64,000 bases of DNA, taken from NCBI RefSeq assembly GCF_006345805.1, contig NC_042998.1:147312001-147376000 (forward strand), given 5' to 3'. The notes below the pieces were generated by a model. It did not search any database. It worked only from the letters and a program-made list of their open reading frames with translations, and was not told the DNA's origin. Within the stretch, counting starts at the first letter, position 1. Each line of letters opens with the position of its first letter. A program made the position numbers and the translations under genes. This stretch comes from Octopus sinensis (taxonomy: Eukaryota). This document shows, one piece after another, positions 11,006 to 23,872 of the stretch.

Positions 11006-11489
11006 AACATCCATTTTTATTAGTGTGTTATTTTGTAAAACAGTGAAACATAGAGGATGAGAGAAGGGGAAAGAGATATGAGAACAAAGGGGGTGATAGA
11101 AGCTGAGAGCGGAAGAGAAAAATAGGTTATGAAAATATTTTATATTTTAAACATTATCGAACTCACATAGTTAACGTAAATGCCTCGTATATTTGCCTGT
11201 AGGCTGAAATTATGCGTGGTGGGGATTGCTCCCTCAAAGCACATGACGTCCAGGTATTTTAACACTTTGAGGGAGAAATCTCCACCATGCCATGTTACTG
11301 ACTACCTGAGTTACGTATGCATGGTCGATAATGTTTATTACACTGGCGCTGCTTCTATTTCATATCTGAATTTATTCTTCCGTATGCCTTGTCCGGGCAT
11401 ACTAGCACATAGATTTTATACTATATGCATATAAGTGAGATAGATGAATAGATCAATATATAATTAGATAGATATAGCTATATCAAAAA

Positions 11490-12394
11490 GTGGTATCAAA
11501 AGTTCCCGGACAAGTTCTGTAGCGCGCCAGCAGATTGTAGTACACGTTTGAGAGTGCAATGAGAGCTAGCAGTAACCGTCACAAGGCAGTGTGCTGAGTG
11601 ACATCGCTGTGTTTACTCTACAAGTTGTGAAATTTGTGTCTTTGTGATCACGTGTATGCTGTAGTCTGCGATTTTGTCATGGACAAGAACAAAGAGCCAA
11701 CGTGAAATTTTGCCTTTAACTTGGGAAGTCTGACACAGATTGAATATGCTTTGGCAAGTGTACGGCAATGAGGCAATGGGACGTACGCAATGTTTCGAGT
11801 GGCACGGGCGCTTCAAAACAGGAAGAACCTCTCTGGACGACGATGAGCGAACGAGAAGACCTGTCACGAGCATCACTCCCGGAAATGTGGTATTGTGCAT
11901 CAACAATTCGTCCCTCAGGACCAAAGCATCAATTGAGAGTTCTACAGTGACCTTTAGAAGCGTTTGAGGGAGAACATTCGGCGAAAGTGATCAGATCTGG
12001 GGAGCGCGAACAATTGGATTCTTCACGACAACAATGCATCCTGTCACCGAGCCCTCCTCACTCGTGACTTTCTCGCCCAAATCAACATTGTATCGCTTCC
12101 GCACCCGCCTTATTTGCCAGATATAACACCTGCAGACTTCCATCTCTTCTCCAAGATGAAAATGCAGCTCAAAAGTCACGGTTTTAACACCGTTGTCGAG
12201 ATCCAGAGCGAATCGTAGATGGTTCTCGAATCGCTTACGGGAACCGACTTCCAGGCCGGATTCCAACTGCGACAGGGACGCTGGGACTGGTGTATTCCTA
12301 TGCAAGGTGACTATTTTGAAGGAGATGATGTTAAAACTTAGGTAAATAAGTGCTTTTTTATTAAACATTAGCCCAGGGCCTTTTGATACCACAG
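11490..12394 (+). mobile_element. Internally deleted mariner transposon
   Basis: TIRs GTGGTATCAAAAG(T/G) at 11490 and inverted at about 12374-12392. HTH fragment VYGNEAMGRTQCFEWHGRFKTGRTSLDDDER and C-terminal WILHDNNA..H, HPPYLPDITPADFHLF, GDYFEGD. The WVPHEL/first-Asp region is missing. Confidence 0.9.
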
Positions 12395-12503
12395 TATTCA
12401 TATGTCTGTGTGTTTGTGTATATATATATACACGCATATATATATGTATATATATTTATATATTATATGTATGTATACATATATATATATATATATATAT
12501 ATA

Positions 12504-12955
12504 TCCTGTAAATAATAATAATGGTATTTTTATATTAGATTAAAGCTCGTGGCGGTCACCTTGCAATCAGCCTCCCTTTTCCTGTCAAATTTAAAAACTA
12601 TAATAGTTCTTAAATTTGATAGGAAAAAGGTAGTTGATTCGCTGGTGTAAAAGTAACACACTTAACACGTTAACAAAGGGATGTGGGTTCGACTCTCATG
12701 CAGATAGGAAAGCCTACGTTTTTTTTCTGCCGAGGACTTATATGCCCCTTTATTAGACTATTTTCCTTAGTCATTGCATGGTGATCGGCATAAGCTCTAA
12801 GCTTATATAAAAATACCATTATTATTATTTAAAGGATTGTAAAAACGGCGCCGTATAAAAAACGTTCGCACCGATATATTTAAAGAGAACATTACTTTCT
12901 TAGTGGTAAGACCATAGCTGATCTACTTCTAACATAAGGGTCATCCCTCTTATAT
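12504..12955. mobile_element. (TA)n-flanked fold-back cassette with an internal palindrome and a tRNA-like segment
   Basis: 32-bp inverted repeats 12504-12535/12805-12836 (31/32 match). Internal palindrome 12577-12627 (23/25). B box GGTTCGACTC at about 12686. Confidence 0.7.
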
Positions 12956-13159
12956 GTATTATATATATATATGTATGTACTTGTGTATATATATATGTGT
13001 GAGAGAGAGAGAGGTGGAGGGAGACATTGATAACCTAATCTGTTACAAGTTTTCCTTAATTTTGTCTTTTGTTATATAATATCGTCAGATTAAAATAGAA
13101 TCACAAGTTGTCAGGCGACGGCCGGTTATCAGGCAAACAGCTTTTCAGACGATAAGAGT

Positions 13160-13196
<37 letters not shown>

Positions 13197-13415
13197 AATG
13201 GAGAAAGGAAGAAAGAAAGAAAGACAGCAAGAAAGAAAGAGATATAGTGAGAAAGAAAGGAATAGAGGATGGGACGAGAGAAAGAGAGAGAGAGAGCGGA
13301 AGACGAAAGAAAAAAGGAAGGAAAGACAGAAAGAAGGAAAGACAGAAAGAAGGAAAGACGGAATGAAAGAAATAAAGAAGGGAAGGAAGAAAGAAAGAAA
13401 GAACGAAAGAAAGAA
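13160..13415. repeat. (GAAA)n-type purine tract
   Basis: Directly visible. Confidence 0.9.
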
Positions 13416-13824
13416 TGGCTGCCCCATGTGCTATAATCCCAGGCCAACATTTTCAATGTTAGTTTTTACTGTAGATAATTACTTTATGTTTATCTCAATG
13501 AATGACCTTGGGGAGTAGATAATCTGTTTTATCTCTCTTTGCTTTACAGAAATACCCTTGAATTCACCTCTGACCCCGCTTAGGATAAGTAACAGAAAAA
13601 GAAAGAGGGAAAGAGGGACAAGAAAATGAAATAGAATTAAATTTGAACTCAGGATTTTCAACTAATACAAAACACTCGTCAATTATGCAGTGTTTGCAGA
13701 AGAAAAAGTTAAGTGTGAAGTATGTTAATGCCTCAACAGCGAACACTGGACAGCACCACCTTTTTGTTCTTTTTGTTTTTGTTTTTGTTTTTTAGATTTT
13801 ATATTTATGTTTTATCTCTATCAA

Positions 13825-13990
13825 GGCACATGGTCTAATGGTTAAGGAATTGCATTCACCATCATACGATCGTGTTTTCCATTCCATCACCGAAGGATAA
13901 TTTTGTTCTTGAGCAAAACACTTCATTTCACGTTGCTCTAGTCACCTGAGAAGTTAACTCTGTGATGGACTGTCCCCCGTCTATGGTAGG
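13825..13990 (+). mobile_element. SINE family C-related, diverged
   Basis: TGGTCTAATGGTTAAGG head and GTTCTTGAGCAAAACACTTCATTTCACGTTGCTC core. Confidence 0.65.
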
Positions 13991-16327
13991 GGATGATGAT
14001 AGCGGAGGTGTTGCTGTAATGTCAGTCACTTATACACCATACAAACTGGGTTAAACTCTAGCTTTATGTGTCCAAGAGCTCATGACTAGTCTAAGTCTAT
14101 TGTCTTATTGAAAGAAGAGATCAAAAATGTAAATTTTCATTTAGTGTCCCTCTCTTCTGAGGGGATTTTGCTGATTGATTTTTCCAGAAATATTTAATGG
14201 TATAAGTTTACTGTGAATGTGTTATTTAAGAATGGCATTATGACATGGAGCATGGTATGATACTGTTATTATCGCTAATTACTCTGTTCAGTGCTTTATC
14301 GTTATCGGTGGCTTATGTTAGATACAAACGTTTACCAGTTAGTGTATTTTTATTGTCCTTGTTCAATGCTGAGTGATATTTCTGTTGCATGTAGTGTTAC
14401 TGTTTGAGTTGTTCCTGATCTTCATCAAGGTTACTATTTCTGTTGTGTAGTCAAGTTTTTATATGTTTAGATTGTTCTTGTCGCATATAATACTTCGGTG
14501 CATCTCTAATTATTTCAATAAGTATATGTACAACAGTGAAAGTTATAATTTAGAAAACCTATACTACTGCTTGAGCATCTTAGAAATATTAGTAATAACT
14601 GTTGTACTCAAATAAATGATTAATTAAAACAAGATAAGTAATAGCTTTGTTGTATTTTTCTAATTTTTTTAACTTCGATACATAGCTTATCACAAAGTGC
14701 TCCAGTGACTTCTAACTTCCCGTACGAGGTGTACCAGCAAGTTTGTTTAATCTTTAGGACGTCATGAAATCAAAAAGCATTAAGAACCATTAACCTAGTC
14801 TGTTATCTTGAGTCTCTGAGTATCAGAGTGTCTCGTGTGTATTGAAGTTTCTCCTCCAAGTTTGAGAAGGTGTCAAATTGATGTGGTTCGGGTACGTAAT
14901 CTGATGGAACAGTTGGTAAAGATGGTGAAAGTATATATATATATGTGTGTGTGTGTGTGTAATTGAATGTATGTATGTATGTTTATCTGTATGCTTGTAG
15001 CAATGTGTCTGATGTTGCTGGTTTTATTTTGAATACCAACATTTCGAGTGTAGTTTTGTATCATACTAGTTTTCGAGTGTAGCTTGTGTAGCCCCAGTAA
15101 TGGTTCTGCTATTTTTACACCTTATGAGACCTGTTCTTTAGTGACATGTTCTGTGCAACCTTGTAGGAGTGTCAGTAAACAGTTTAGATGAAATGTTCTA
15201 TGATGTGCTTATAGAAATGTTATCTGAGCTATCGTCATATGAACCTCATATATGATTTATCATTCCACAGAATATGTTTTAGGTTGTAACTCTTTTATTG
15301 TAGCTTTTTGGTATTATGTTTACTGAGTTTATTTTTGTATGGGATATATCGGGTACTTTTAAACATATTTCCTGCTAAGGTGTTAACTTAGGAAGAGAAG
15401 TACTTACAGTACTTCCTGTTTCTTGTTGTTGTTCCTGTAACTGCTGTTGTTCTTATTCTTATTTCTTTTATTTCCCTAATGTGTGTATTTGGCGAATAGT
15501 TTTCGTAAATTGTATTTTTAAATATATTTGTGTCAATATTTTAGAAAATACATTTTTTCTCGTTTCAAAATTTGTTTTATCTAGAGTCATCAATGCTGTT
15601 GCTTTCGTATGGTTCCCCTCCACCAATCTGTTAGAAATATGATATTTCTCATTGACGGACTTTCGTCGTCCCACCGACATTCCAGCCCTAACTATCTTGT
15701 CTTCTTTTCCACTATAATATATTCGGTGTTACTTATTCTTTTATCAAGATTTCATATAGATTTGGCTGCTAATTATAACGGGTCGTAGTTTTCTTTTTTA
15801 TCTTCTAGACAGGTGGGAAGGCAATGCTCATGACTCCGGGACGTCGTGGGAAGGCAAGAAGAAGAAATTAGCCCAAATGCTTGCAACAGAGTAGACTCCA
15901 CAAAACTCACCTAAGGGCCAGGTAGTGGTGTAAAACTGGATTAATTCTACGACCTAAAAGTGACATAGCGGGATTTGAATTCAGGATGCAAAGTAGCTGG
16001 AGCAAATGTTACATGCCAACGTTATAACGTTCTTTCAACCCACCGCCTCGGATTGATAGATTATTACATCCAGAAAGAAGTAAAGAGAAAGTGGATTTCA
16101 GCTGGTATCGAGCCCAGAAACGTAGTGGAACAAATATCGCGAGGCATTCTTTCTATATATACACATACATATAGATATATACACACATACATAGATACTT
16201 TCATACATATATTTTATTTATAGCTTATATTTTTAGTGACCTATATTCGATTCGACCTTGTTTCCTGCTGACTTATAAAGAAATAATCCAACGTACATAC
16301 TTACACATACATACACACACTTACATA

Positions 16328-16363
<36 letters not shown>

Positions 16364-16429
16364 CCCACCTACATACACACACATTCATACACAACCTCCA
16401 TATGCATTCACGCAATATTAAACTGTTTT

Positions 16430-17189
16430 CCCTTTCATTCTCACTCCTCTCTTTCCATGCCCTTTCTCTGTCGCTCTGTCTATCTCTGTCTATCTCTGTG
16501 TCATTCTCTCTCATTCTCTTTCTCTTTCTCTCTCTCTCATTCTCTATATCTCTCTATTTGCTTTCTCTCTTTCTCTCTCTTCACTTTCTGTTTTTTCTGA
16601 TTGTTTGTCTCTGTTTTTCACTCACTATGCTGGAGTGTCGATCTTTCCTTTTCTCTCTGTCTCTCCCGTGTCTGTCTGTCTCTATCTGTCTGTGTGTCTA
16701 TCTGTCTGTCTGTCTCTGTCTGACTCTGTGTTTCTGTCTCTCCCCCCATCTCTCTCTCTCCCTCTCTTTCTCTCTCTGCGTACTTTTATGCAATCAATTC
16801 CACTTGTTACCATGCAGACAATTTTTCAGTACTGCTCTTCAGGTTTCGTGGCGCTTAATCTCCACGAAAATTCCTCACCACTTTAGAAATTGGAGAATTT
16901 CCAAACTCTTCTGCATCATTTGATGGAACTGGTTACCGATGGAAGCTGACCTCTATTATAGACTGGAGCAGAAGTTCTGGAATCGAGAAAAACACTATGG
17001 TGGCGACGTTGGGGGAAAAAAGGGGCTGTTTCTATTTTAATGTTAAAGAAATTCTTTCTCTTTCTCTCTCTCCCAACTTCTCTCTCTACTCCTGTCTGTT
17101 TTGCCTGTCTCTTTCTCTCTGTCTCTTTGCATCTCTCTCTCTCTCTGTTTCTCTCCCTGTCTGCCTGTCTATCTGCCTGTCTATCTGCC

Positions 17190-17260
<71 letters not shown>

Positions 17261-17288
17261 CTGTATGTATGTCTGTCTGTCTGCCTGA

Positions 17289-17331
<43 letters not shown>

Positions 17332-17360
17332 CTCACTCTGTCCCTATCTCTCTCTATCTA
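16430..17360. repeat. Pyrimidine-rich (CT)n/(TCTG)n tracts
   Basis: Visible at 16430-16780 and 17050-17360. Confidence 0.9.
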
Positions 17361-17704
17361 AGAGATTGTGGAATAATTATTTTTTGTCAGATTGCTAAAA
17401 ATGTTTGCAAAGTAAAACGAATTACTTTGCCAAGAGGGAAAAGCGAATTTCTAACGTTTTGCTTTAGACTTTCCGTCACAGGTTTCTGAAATATTTTGCT
17501 ATCTTAAGTCAGGAGGGAAGGTAGCGCCTATGACCCTATACAAGGCCTCCCAAGACGGCATCCCGTTCGGGAGAAGTGTTGAGATCTCGATCACATATAT
17601 ACGTCATGGAAACCGGGTAACCAGTACTACCAGCTCTCGGGGTCAAGAACAAAACCATCAGTGGGAAGGAAGGAGACCTCATCAGACTAGAAACCTGGAA
17701 TGAA

Positions 17705-17934
17705 AGCGGCGGGCTGGCAGAAACGTTAGCACGCTGGGCGAAATGCTTAGCGGTATTTCGTCTGCCGTTACGTTCTGAGTTCAAATTCCGCCGAGGTCGA
17801 CTTTGCCTTTCATCCTTTCGGGGTCGTTAAATTAAGTACCAGTTACGCACTGGGGTCGATGTAATCGACTTAATCCTTTGTCTGTCCTTGTTTGTCCCCT
17901 CTATGTTTAGCCTCTTGCGGGCAATAAAGAAATA
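17705..17934 (+). mobile_element. Full-length monomeric SINE family A (tRNA head plus Meta/MESC-like central domain) with 16-bp TSD
   Basis: TSD AGAAACCTGGAATGAA at 17689-17704 and 17935-17950. A box TGGCAGAAACGTTAG, B box GAGTTCAAATTCC, central GCCTTTCATCCTTTCGGGGTCG..AAATTAAGTACCAG, and end AAAGAAATA. Confidence 0.93.
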
Positions 17935-18482
17935 AGAAACCTGGAATGAATGCTTGTAACAGAAGTCTATTAAAGGTACCCAAGGTCCAAATGGTGCTGC
18001 GAAGCTGGGCTAAGGATTGAGAGTATGATCTATATTAGCCATAGCTTAATTTGAACTCAAAAAGCAAACAGCGGGTACCAATAATGCTGGGCATCTTGTT
18101 CCACCCATCCGCCACTTTGGATTGCTAACTTGTTAACCTCTAAAAGTTTAAGTTGAGCTTCGTGAGATTTGAACTCGGAGCGCAGAAAGATTGTACAAAT
18201 ACTGCGAAGCATTTCGTCTGACGCTGCTCTAACGAATTCGTCTCCGAATAAAGAGACTTCGCATACATAGAATCTATTTATATAGCAACGCCAGGAAACA
18301 ATTCTTTCTTTAACCTCGTCTCTCTTCTCCTCTACTCTGTCTAGAGTTAACTAGAAATGTTAGTCTTCTACTTTCATATCAAAATAATTTATTTCTCATT
18401 GCGAGCTGTTTCTGTTTTCTGTCCTAAAGTTTTATCATTTTTGCTATATTGGTGTTGATGTCAGCCAAATTATTTTATGTTG

Positions 18483-18657
18483 CTATTGCTGCTGCTGCTG
18501 CTGTTGTTGTTGTTGTTGTTCCTCTTCTTCTTCTTCTTCTTCTTCTTCTTCTTCTTCTTCTTCTTCTTCTTCTTCTTCTTCTTCTTCTTCTCTTCTTCTT
18601 CTTCTTCTTCTTCTTCTTCTTCTTCTTCTCTTCTTCTTCTTCTTCTTCTTCTTCTTC
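18483..18657. repeat. (GCT)(GTT)(CTT)n compound microsatellite
   Basis: Directly visible. Confidence 0.97.
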
Positions 18658-18964
18658 CAATCAGGACTCACGCATTAGCCACAAAGAATCATCTCTAATT
18701 CGAGCCTACTCTAAGCTACTAAGAATGCGTGTGCCAACTTGAAGATCCACCCACCACACGCGATAGACTGGTGGTTTGCACGGACGCGAAAGCTACATTG
18801 TTATCCTCATTCCGTAAACGGTGGCTTTTAACGGGTGGAGAGCTGAGCCATCCTGGGGTACAGAGGATTCGCAATCTAGACTAGGGTCTGGAAGTTTACC
18901 ACACCATAGTGGGTTATACCATGATTCCTCTGCTTTGTGGCAGAAGTAGGAAAAGTGAGAAAAA

Positions 18965-19131
18965 GTTGTGGTGAAAGAGTACATCGGGGTTCACCTCCCC
19001 CCCCCCGCCGGATCATCGTGGAGCTTAGGTGTTTTTGCTCAATTATCACTCACAATGCCCTGTCTGGGAATCGAAACCGCATTCTTACGACCGCGAGTCC
19101 GCTGCCCTAACCACTGGGCCATTCCGCCTCC
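18965..19131 (-). mobile_element. tRNA-derived SINE family D, 5' part
   Basis: Reverse complement GGAGGCGGAATGGCCCAGTGGTTAGGGCAGCGGACTCGCGG...GGTTTCGATTCCCAGAC matches 43136-43446. Confidence 0.85.
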
Positions 19132-19399
19132 ATATTGCTGTTGTTGTTGCTGCTGTCGTTGTTTTGTCTAAGTCTGCCTTAGTTGACTAGACTTACGCTC
19201 CAGCTATGTCCATGTCACTTTTTGCATATTTAGGGCTACATGATCTAAAATCTTTCTTTTTAAGAGAAATTTAGATTTAGCTTGCTAACAGGTTACGCAA
19301 GAGCGTACAGGCCAGCCTTCATGCTTCTTTTTCTTCTTCCGCCTCCTCTCCCACTTCTTCTTTACACACACACACACACATGAGGTCATATAAGGCACC

Positions 19400-19595
19400 A
19401 ACCGAGCTGGCAGAGTCGTGAGCGCATCCGATAAAATGCATTTCGTCTGTCAACGTTTCAGGTTGAAATCCGCCGAAGTCGACTTTGCTTATCATCCTTT
19501 CGAGATCGATAAATTAAGTACCAGCTGAGTACTGGGATCAATGTTACCAACTAACCTCATCCTAAAGATTTTAGGCCTTGTGGCTATAATAAAAA
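19400..19595 (+). mobile_element. SINE family A, diverged
   Basis: GAGCTGGCAGAGTCG...GTCGACTTTGC..ATCCTTTCGAGATCGATAAATTAAGTACCAG. Confidence 0.8.
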
Positions 19596-19769
19596 TGACT
19601 TATGAGGTGGACGTTCTACATTTTTCTGGTCATTCATTCACTATCATTGCGAACGTATGGACATTTATTGTTGACTATCGCTGTTACAGATGTATGTGAC
19701 ACGCACATGGACGCATATGCGCACACGCACGCGCACACACACACACACACACATACACACACACTCATG

Positions 19770-19816
<47 letters not shown>

Positions 19817-20147
19817 AAATGCTTAGCAGCATTTCATCCGTCTTCATGTTCTGAGATCAAATGGACCGAGGTCGACTTTAACTTTCATCCTTTCGTGATT
19901 GATAAAATAAGTTCCAGATAAAATAAGTTCCAACCGAGCTGGCAGTACTTACTAGCCTTGTACCAAAAATTGAATCCAGTATTTAGCAAAAGCAACATAG
20001 TGAATCAAGGATCGAGGGTTCCGTACATTTGCAGATATCGAAATTTGATAAGTGCTAAAGCACGAAACTCTCGACTTTTGTGTCACTGTGTTGCTTCTGC
20101 TAAATATTAATAATATATATGTGTATGTGTGTGTATATGTGTGTGTG

Positions 20148-20552
20148 TGCAGGTGTGGCTGTGTAGTAAGAAATTTGCTTCCTAACCACATAGTCCCGGG
20201 TTCAGTCCCACTGTGTGAGACTTAGTGCACGTGGCTTCTATTATAGCCTCGGGCCTGTGAATGGATTTGGTAGACGAAACTGAAAGACGCGCGTCATGTA
20301 TATATGTGTGTGTGCGTGTGTGTATGTGTGTGCGTGTGTGTATGTGTGTGTGTGTGTGTTTGTGCTTGTCTGCCCCCTACCACGACTTCACAACCGGTGT
20401 TGGTGAGTTTAAGTCCTCCATAACTTAGCGATTCGGCAAAATGGAAGATAAAATAAGCACCATGCTGTAAAAAATTAAGTACTGAGAGCGATTCATTCGA
20501 CTAAAAATTCTTCAAACCAGTGCCCCAGCATGGCCCCAAGTAAAAGGTAAAA
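20148..20552 (+). mobile_element. SINE family B
   Basis: Head, internal (TG)n and tail arranged as in 2941-3305. Confidence 0.8.
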
Positions 20553-20561
20553 GATGAGATG

Positions 20562-20592
<31 letters not shown>

Positions 20593-20781
20593 AAGAATTA
20601 ATTAATTTTTACAGTTCCAGTGACATACTTAATATGTCCTTTGATTAATATTATTGATTCTGTTATTATCATTTTAAAATTGTTACACTAGATAATGATA
20701 GAGTGAATGATATCTTCGCAAATATTTTCTTGTGAATTATTTTCTCCGTATATATACATATACATACATACACACACACAC

Positions 20782-20871
<90 letters not shown>

Positions 20872-20876
<5 letters not shown>

Positions 20877-21545
20877 ATGAGATAACAAGCCAAGGCTGTG
20901 AGGAGTTTTCAGGGCATTTATAAGGAAATAGTCTTACGGCTGTTTCAGGTATATTGTGGATATCCCTTCATCAGAGACGGTGTGAGAAGGTTAAATTGAG
21001 GCAATATTTGAGTTCGAATTATTATGGAAAAGGAGGAGATAGGGAATATAGAAGGAAATAAGAGAATGAAAGTAGAAATAAGATATATAAAGATATTGTA
21101 GTTGCAGTTCCATTGTTCGAGGAAAATGGTGTATAGAAGTGGTAAAAAGTTTCCTGTACATGGTATGTAAGTTTCAATAGCAGTTCATGTTTAGTCATTT
21201 TAATGTATGGAGCCGTGGAATCTGTGTTGCTCGTTCGAAAGTGTTCTGTGGTGTGAATGAAGATTTGAGAATGTATTGGTAGTATTTGTGCATAGATGTG
21301 AGGAGGAGAGGTGTGTATGATTAGAAAGAGGAGATAGGTCAAATTGAGAACAGGAAGAGAAAATGAGAGGAAGAAAGAGAGAAAAAAGTAAAAAGAAAAT
21401 AGGGAAAGAGAAGAAAACAAAAGTGAAGAGAATAGGAAAAATGAAGTGAGAAAAGGAGTGTAAGTTTATGGTTAAGATAATGTGATGGGAGGAAGGGAGA
21501 GGAGTGGAAGAGGGATAGGAAGAGATGAGAAGGTAAGATGAGAAA

Positions 21546-21546
<1 letters not shown>
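20872..21546 (-). mobile_element. Non-coding hammerhead-bearing element (Penelope pLTR/retrozyme-like) inserted in (TA)n
   Basis: (TA)n on both sides and a pyrimidine-rich sense strand like the pLTR at 36470-37295. The hammerhead lies about 60 nt from the 3' end. Confidence 0.7.
20931..20978 (-). ncRNA. Minimal type-I hammerhead ribozyme, canonical core
   Basis: Minus strand reads GTCT-CTGATGA-AGGGATAT-CCACA-ATATACCT-GAAAC-AGCC-GTA-AGAC. Stem I 4 bp, stem II 7/8 bp, stem III 2 bp, NUH = GUA. Confidence 0.85.
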
Positions 21547-21579
<33 letters not shown>

Positions 21580-22093
21580 TCACATATATATATAACATTT
21601 GTTTACGGGAGACGTTTTGAATATGCAAATAAAGCTCCTATTTCATTATGCTGGCCACAGTCTAATGATGCTGACTGGCGAATCAGCTTTGGGGGTTGCA
21701 TCAAGCTGTACCGATATAATGTAAGATAAATATAGTAATGATAACAATAATCTTTGGTTGGAATTTATGAACATTTAATGTATCGCTACTCGCATTTCCT
21801 CAAATCACGCGTCTCTTAAGATCACAGTCCGTATTCCTTGGATGATTATAGTGTAGTCCGTAACATCCGTGGGCATCGGGTAGATCATCTTCATGGATTC
21901 ATTTCTTCAGGCGATATAACATTAAAGGATGTTTACCAGAGGGATGATTATCCCTCTTGACCAGTTTAAATATTGGTTGAGTTATTAGTTGGCTGACATA
22001 AGTCAACCAGCCTTCGCACTGGTCAGATAGATGGATATAGATAGATAGTTAGATTGATATACATACATATGAATGTGTGTGTGTGTATGTGTG

Positions 22094-23524
22094 TTCAGTT
22101 TTATTTCAAGATTTCTTGCCAATAGAGAAAGAGCCGGTTTCTAACCTAGATCCAAGGCTCCTTCATTGGAATTTCAACATCAACCACAGGGTATTTTTGC
22201 ATGTATGTATGCATGTATGTATGTATGTATGTATGTATGTATGTATGTATGTATGTATGTATGTATGTATGTATATGTGTAGATTTGTATGCTTTGTTTT
22301 AGTATGTATTCTCACGCATATAGTTTCATATCTGAATATGTTCATATATTCTTAAATGATAAACTTCTGGAAAGTTTACAAATTTTTACCGTTCCAGTGA
22401 TAGATTGGATCTGTAGTCTTCGAATCAGCTTTCTCCTTTTTGGTTTTGAGAAGCCTAATTTCTCAAGATTGGTATTCAGGTAGTGTATAACATATCCAAG
22501 AGTCTCAATAATTATCCTTGTAATCTGGATAGAGTAACTACAGATTTCTCAATAGTTCAGCGTAGATATTCTCTTTTTCGTTCATCTTCAGCTTTATGTT
22601 AACATCTGCTGGGCAGCAACTTTCCACAACTGTACACAGTTTCTCATCTCTATCTCAAATCATTATATCAGGTCTGTTGTGCTTACATTTTATTGAGGTC
22701 TTCACTGGGACATTCCACTGGTACTCCTTTCTTATTATGAGTGGCTATGGTTTCTACCATACTTCTTATTTCTTGGTCCTCGGGGTTATCCTTCCGACGG
22801 ATTTTATTATAGAGTGCCCCCTAGCTACAATATGATGTCCCATCGGTAGATCAATCGTGATGACATTTTCGGACAACTGCTTATGATGTAGGTGATATTT
22901 TCGGTGTTAACTCCACAAAGTCTGCATCAGTCGTCACATTTTGCAGTGTTTCCTGCATCTCTATCCTTTTTGTGCATCAGGTATTTGGTTGATATTTATT
23001 GTTTCTGTATTGCAAACACATACCCTTCAAAGTGGGAGGTAGTAATCCAGCTATTAGTCCATAATAGACTGCTTTGATGATCAATGTTGTTATCATCTCG
23101 GAGCTTTCTACGAACATATCCATGTATTGTCTTCTGCTCATATAGGCTCATCCTTTCATCTGATGAAACGTTGCGGTAGAGTCGTGTGACTTCTTTGGGT
23201 ATGTATTCTAGATTATCTGACAAGGAATGTTACTCAAGGAACTGCCTTCCAAGTCTTATGATGTTATGCAAACTTGGTCAAGGGATGCATGTCGACACTT
23301 GGTGGTTAAAAGATGTTGCCCTAAGGAATATGATATGACATTCAAAAGCATTTTAGATCGATGTTAAGCCTCTACTGCCTTGTTTTCGTTTTAGGTAGAG
23401 GCGGTCTACGTCACTGTTTATGTGGAACTTATGAGTGCTTATTAGTATTTTTCGAGTTTTCACATTAATGTTTCGGATCTCATCAAGCGTCCAATCAAGC
23501 AGAGCAAATGTTGGTATCAGAATT
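22094..23524 (-). mobile_element. 5'-truncated, decayed R4/Dong-like non-LTR retrotransposon (thumb, CCHC, RLE, 3' UTR)
   Basis: Minus-strand peptides LLDWTLDEIRNINVKTRKIL..HINSDVDRLYLKRKQGSRGL, EGYVFAIQ, CRLCGVNTENITYIISSCPK, HNRPDI and LQIQSITGTVKICK. AATAAA at about 22100. Confidence 0.88.
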
Positions 23525-23620
23525 GTATGTATGTATGTATGTATGTATGTATGTATGTATGTATGTATGTATGTATGTATGTATGTATGTATGTATGTAT
23601 GTATGTATGTATGTATGTGT
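23525..23620. repeat. (GTAT)n microsatellite
   Basis: Directly visible. Confidence 0.98.
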
Positions 23621-23664
23621 ATAGATTGTTATGCATGTTTGTGGGTGCGTGCGTGTGTCTTTGT

Positions 23665-23872
23665 GCATGTGTTTGTTCACCACCACCACCGCCGCCGCCG
23701 CCGCTTGAAACTGGTGTTAGTCTGTTTACGTCCTCATAACTTAGCAGTTGGGCAAAAAAACCGGTAAAATAAGTACCAAACTTAAAACAAAAAGTTGTCG
23801 GGTTGATTCGACTAAACGCTTCAAGGCGGTGCCCCAGCATGGCTGCAGTCCAGTGATTGAAACAAGTAAACA
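23665..23872 (+). mobile_element. SINE family B tail
   Basis: AAGGCGGTGCCCCAGCATGGCTGCAGTCCAGTGATTGAAACAAGTAAA. Confidence 0.8.

Noticed and set aside
14150-15450. Possible ancient L1/Tx1 ORF remnants on the minus strand
   Set aside because: The strand bias is suggestive, but no diagnostic motif could be read.
15790-15925. Pyrimidine tract plus AG followed by a short purine-rich possible exon
   Set aside because: All three frames stop within 30 codons, there is no recognisable homology and there is no partner exon.
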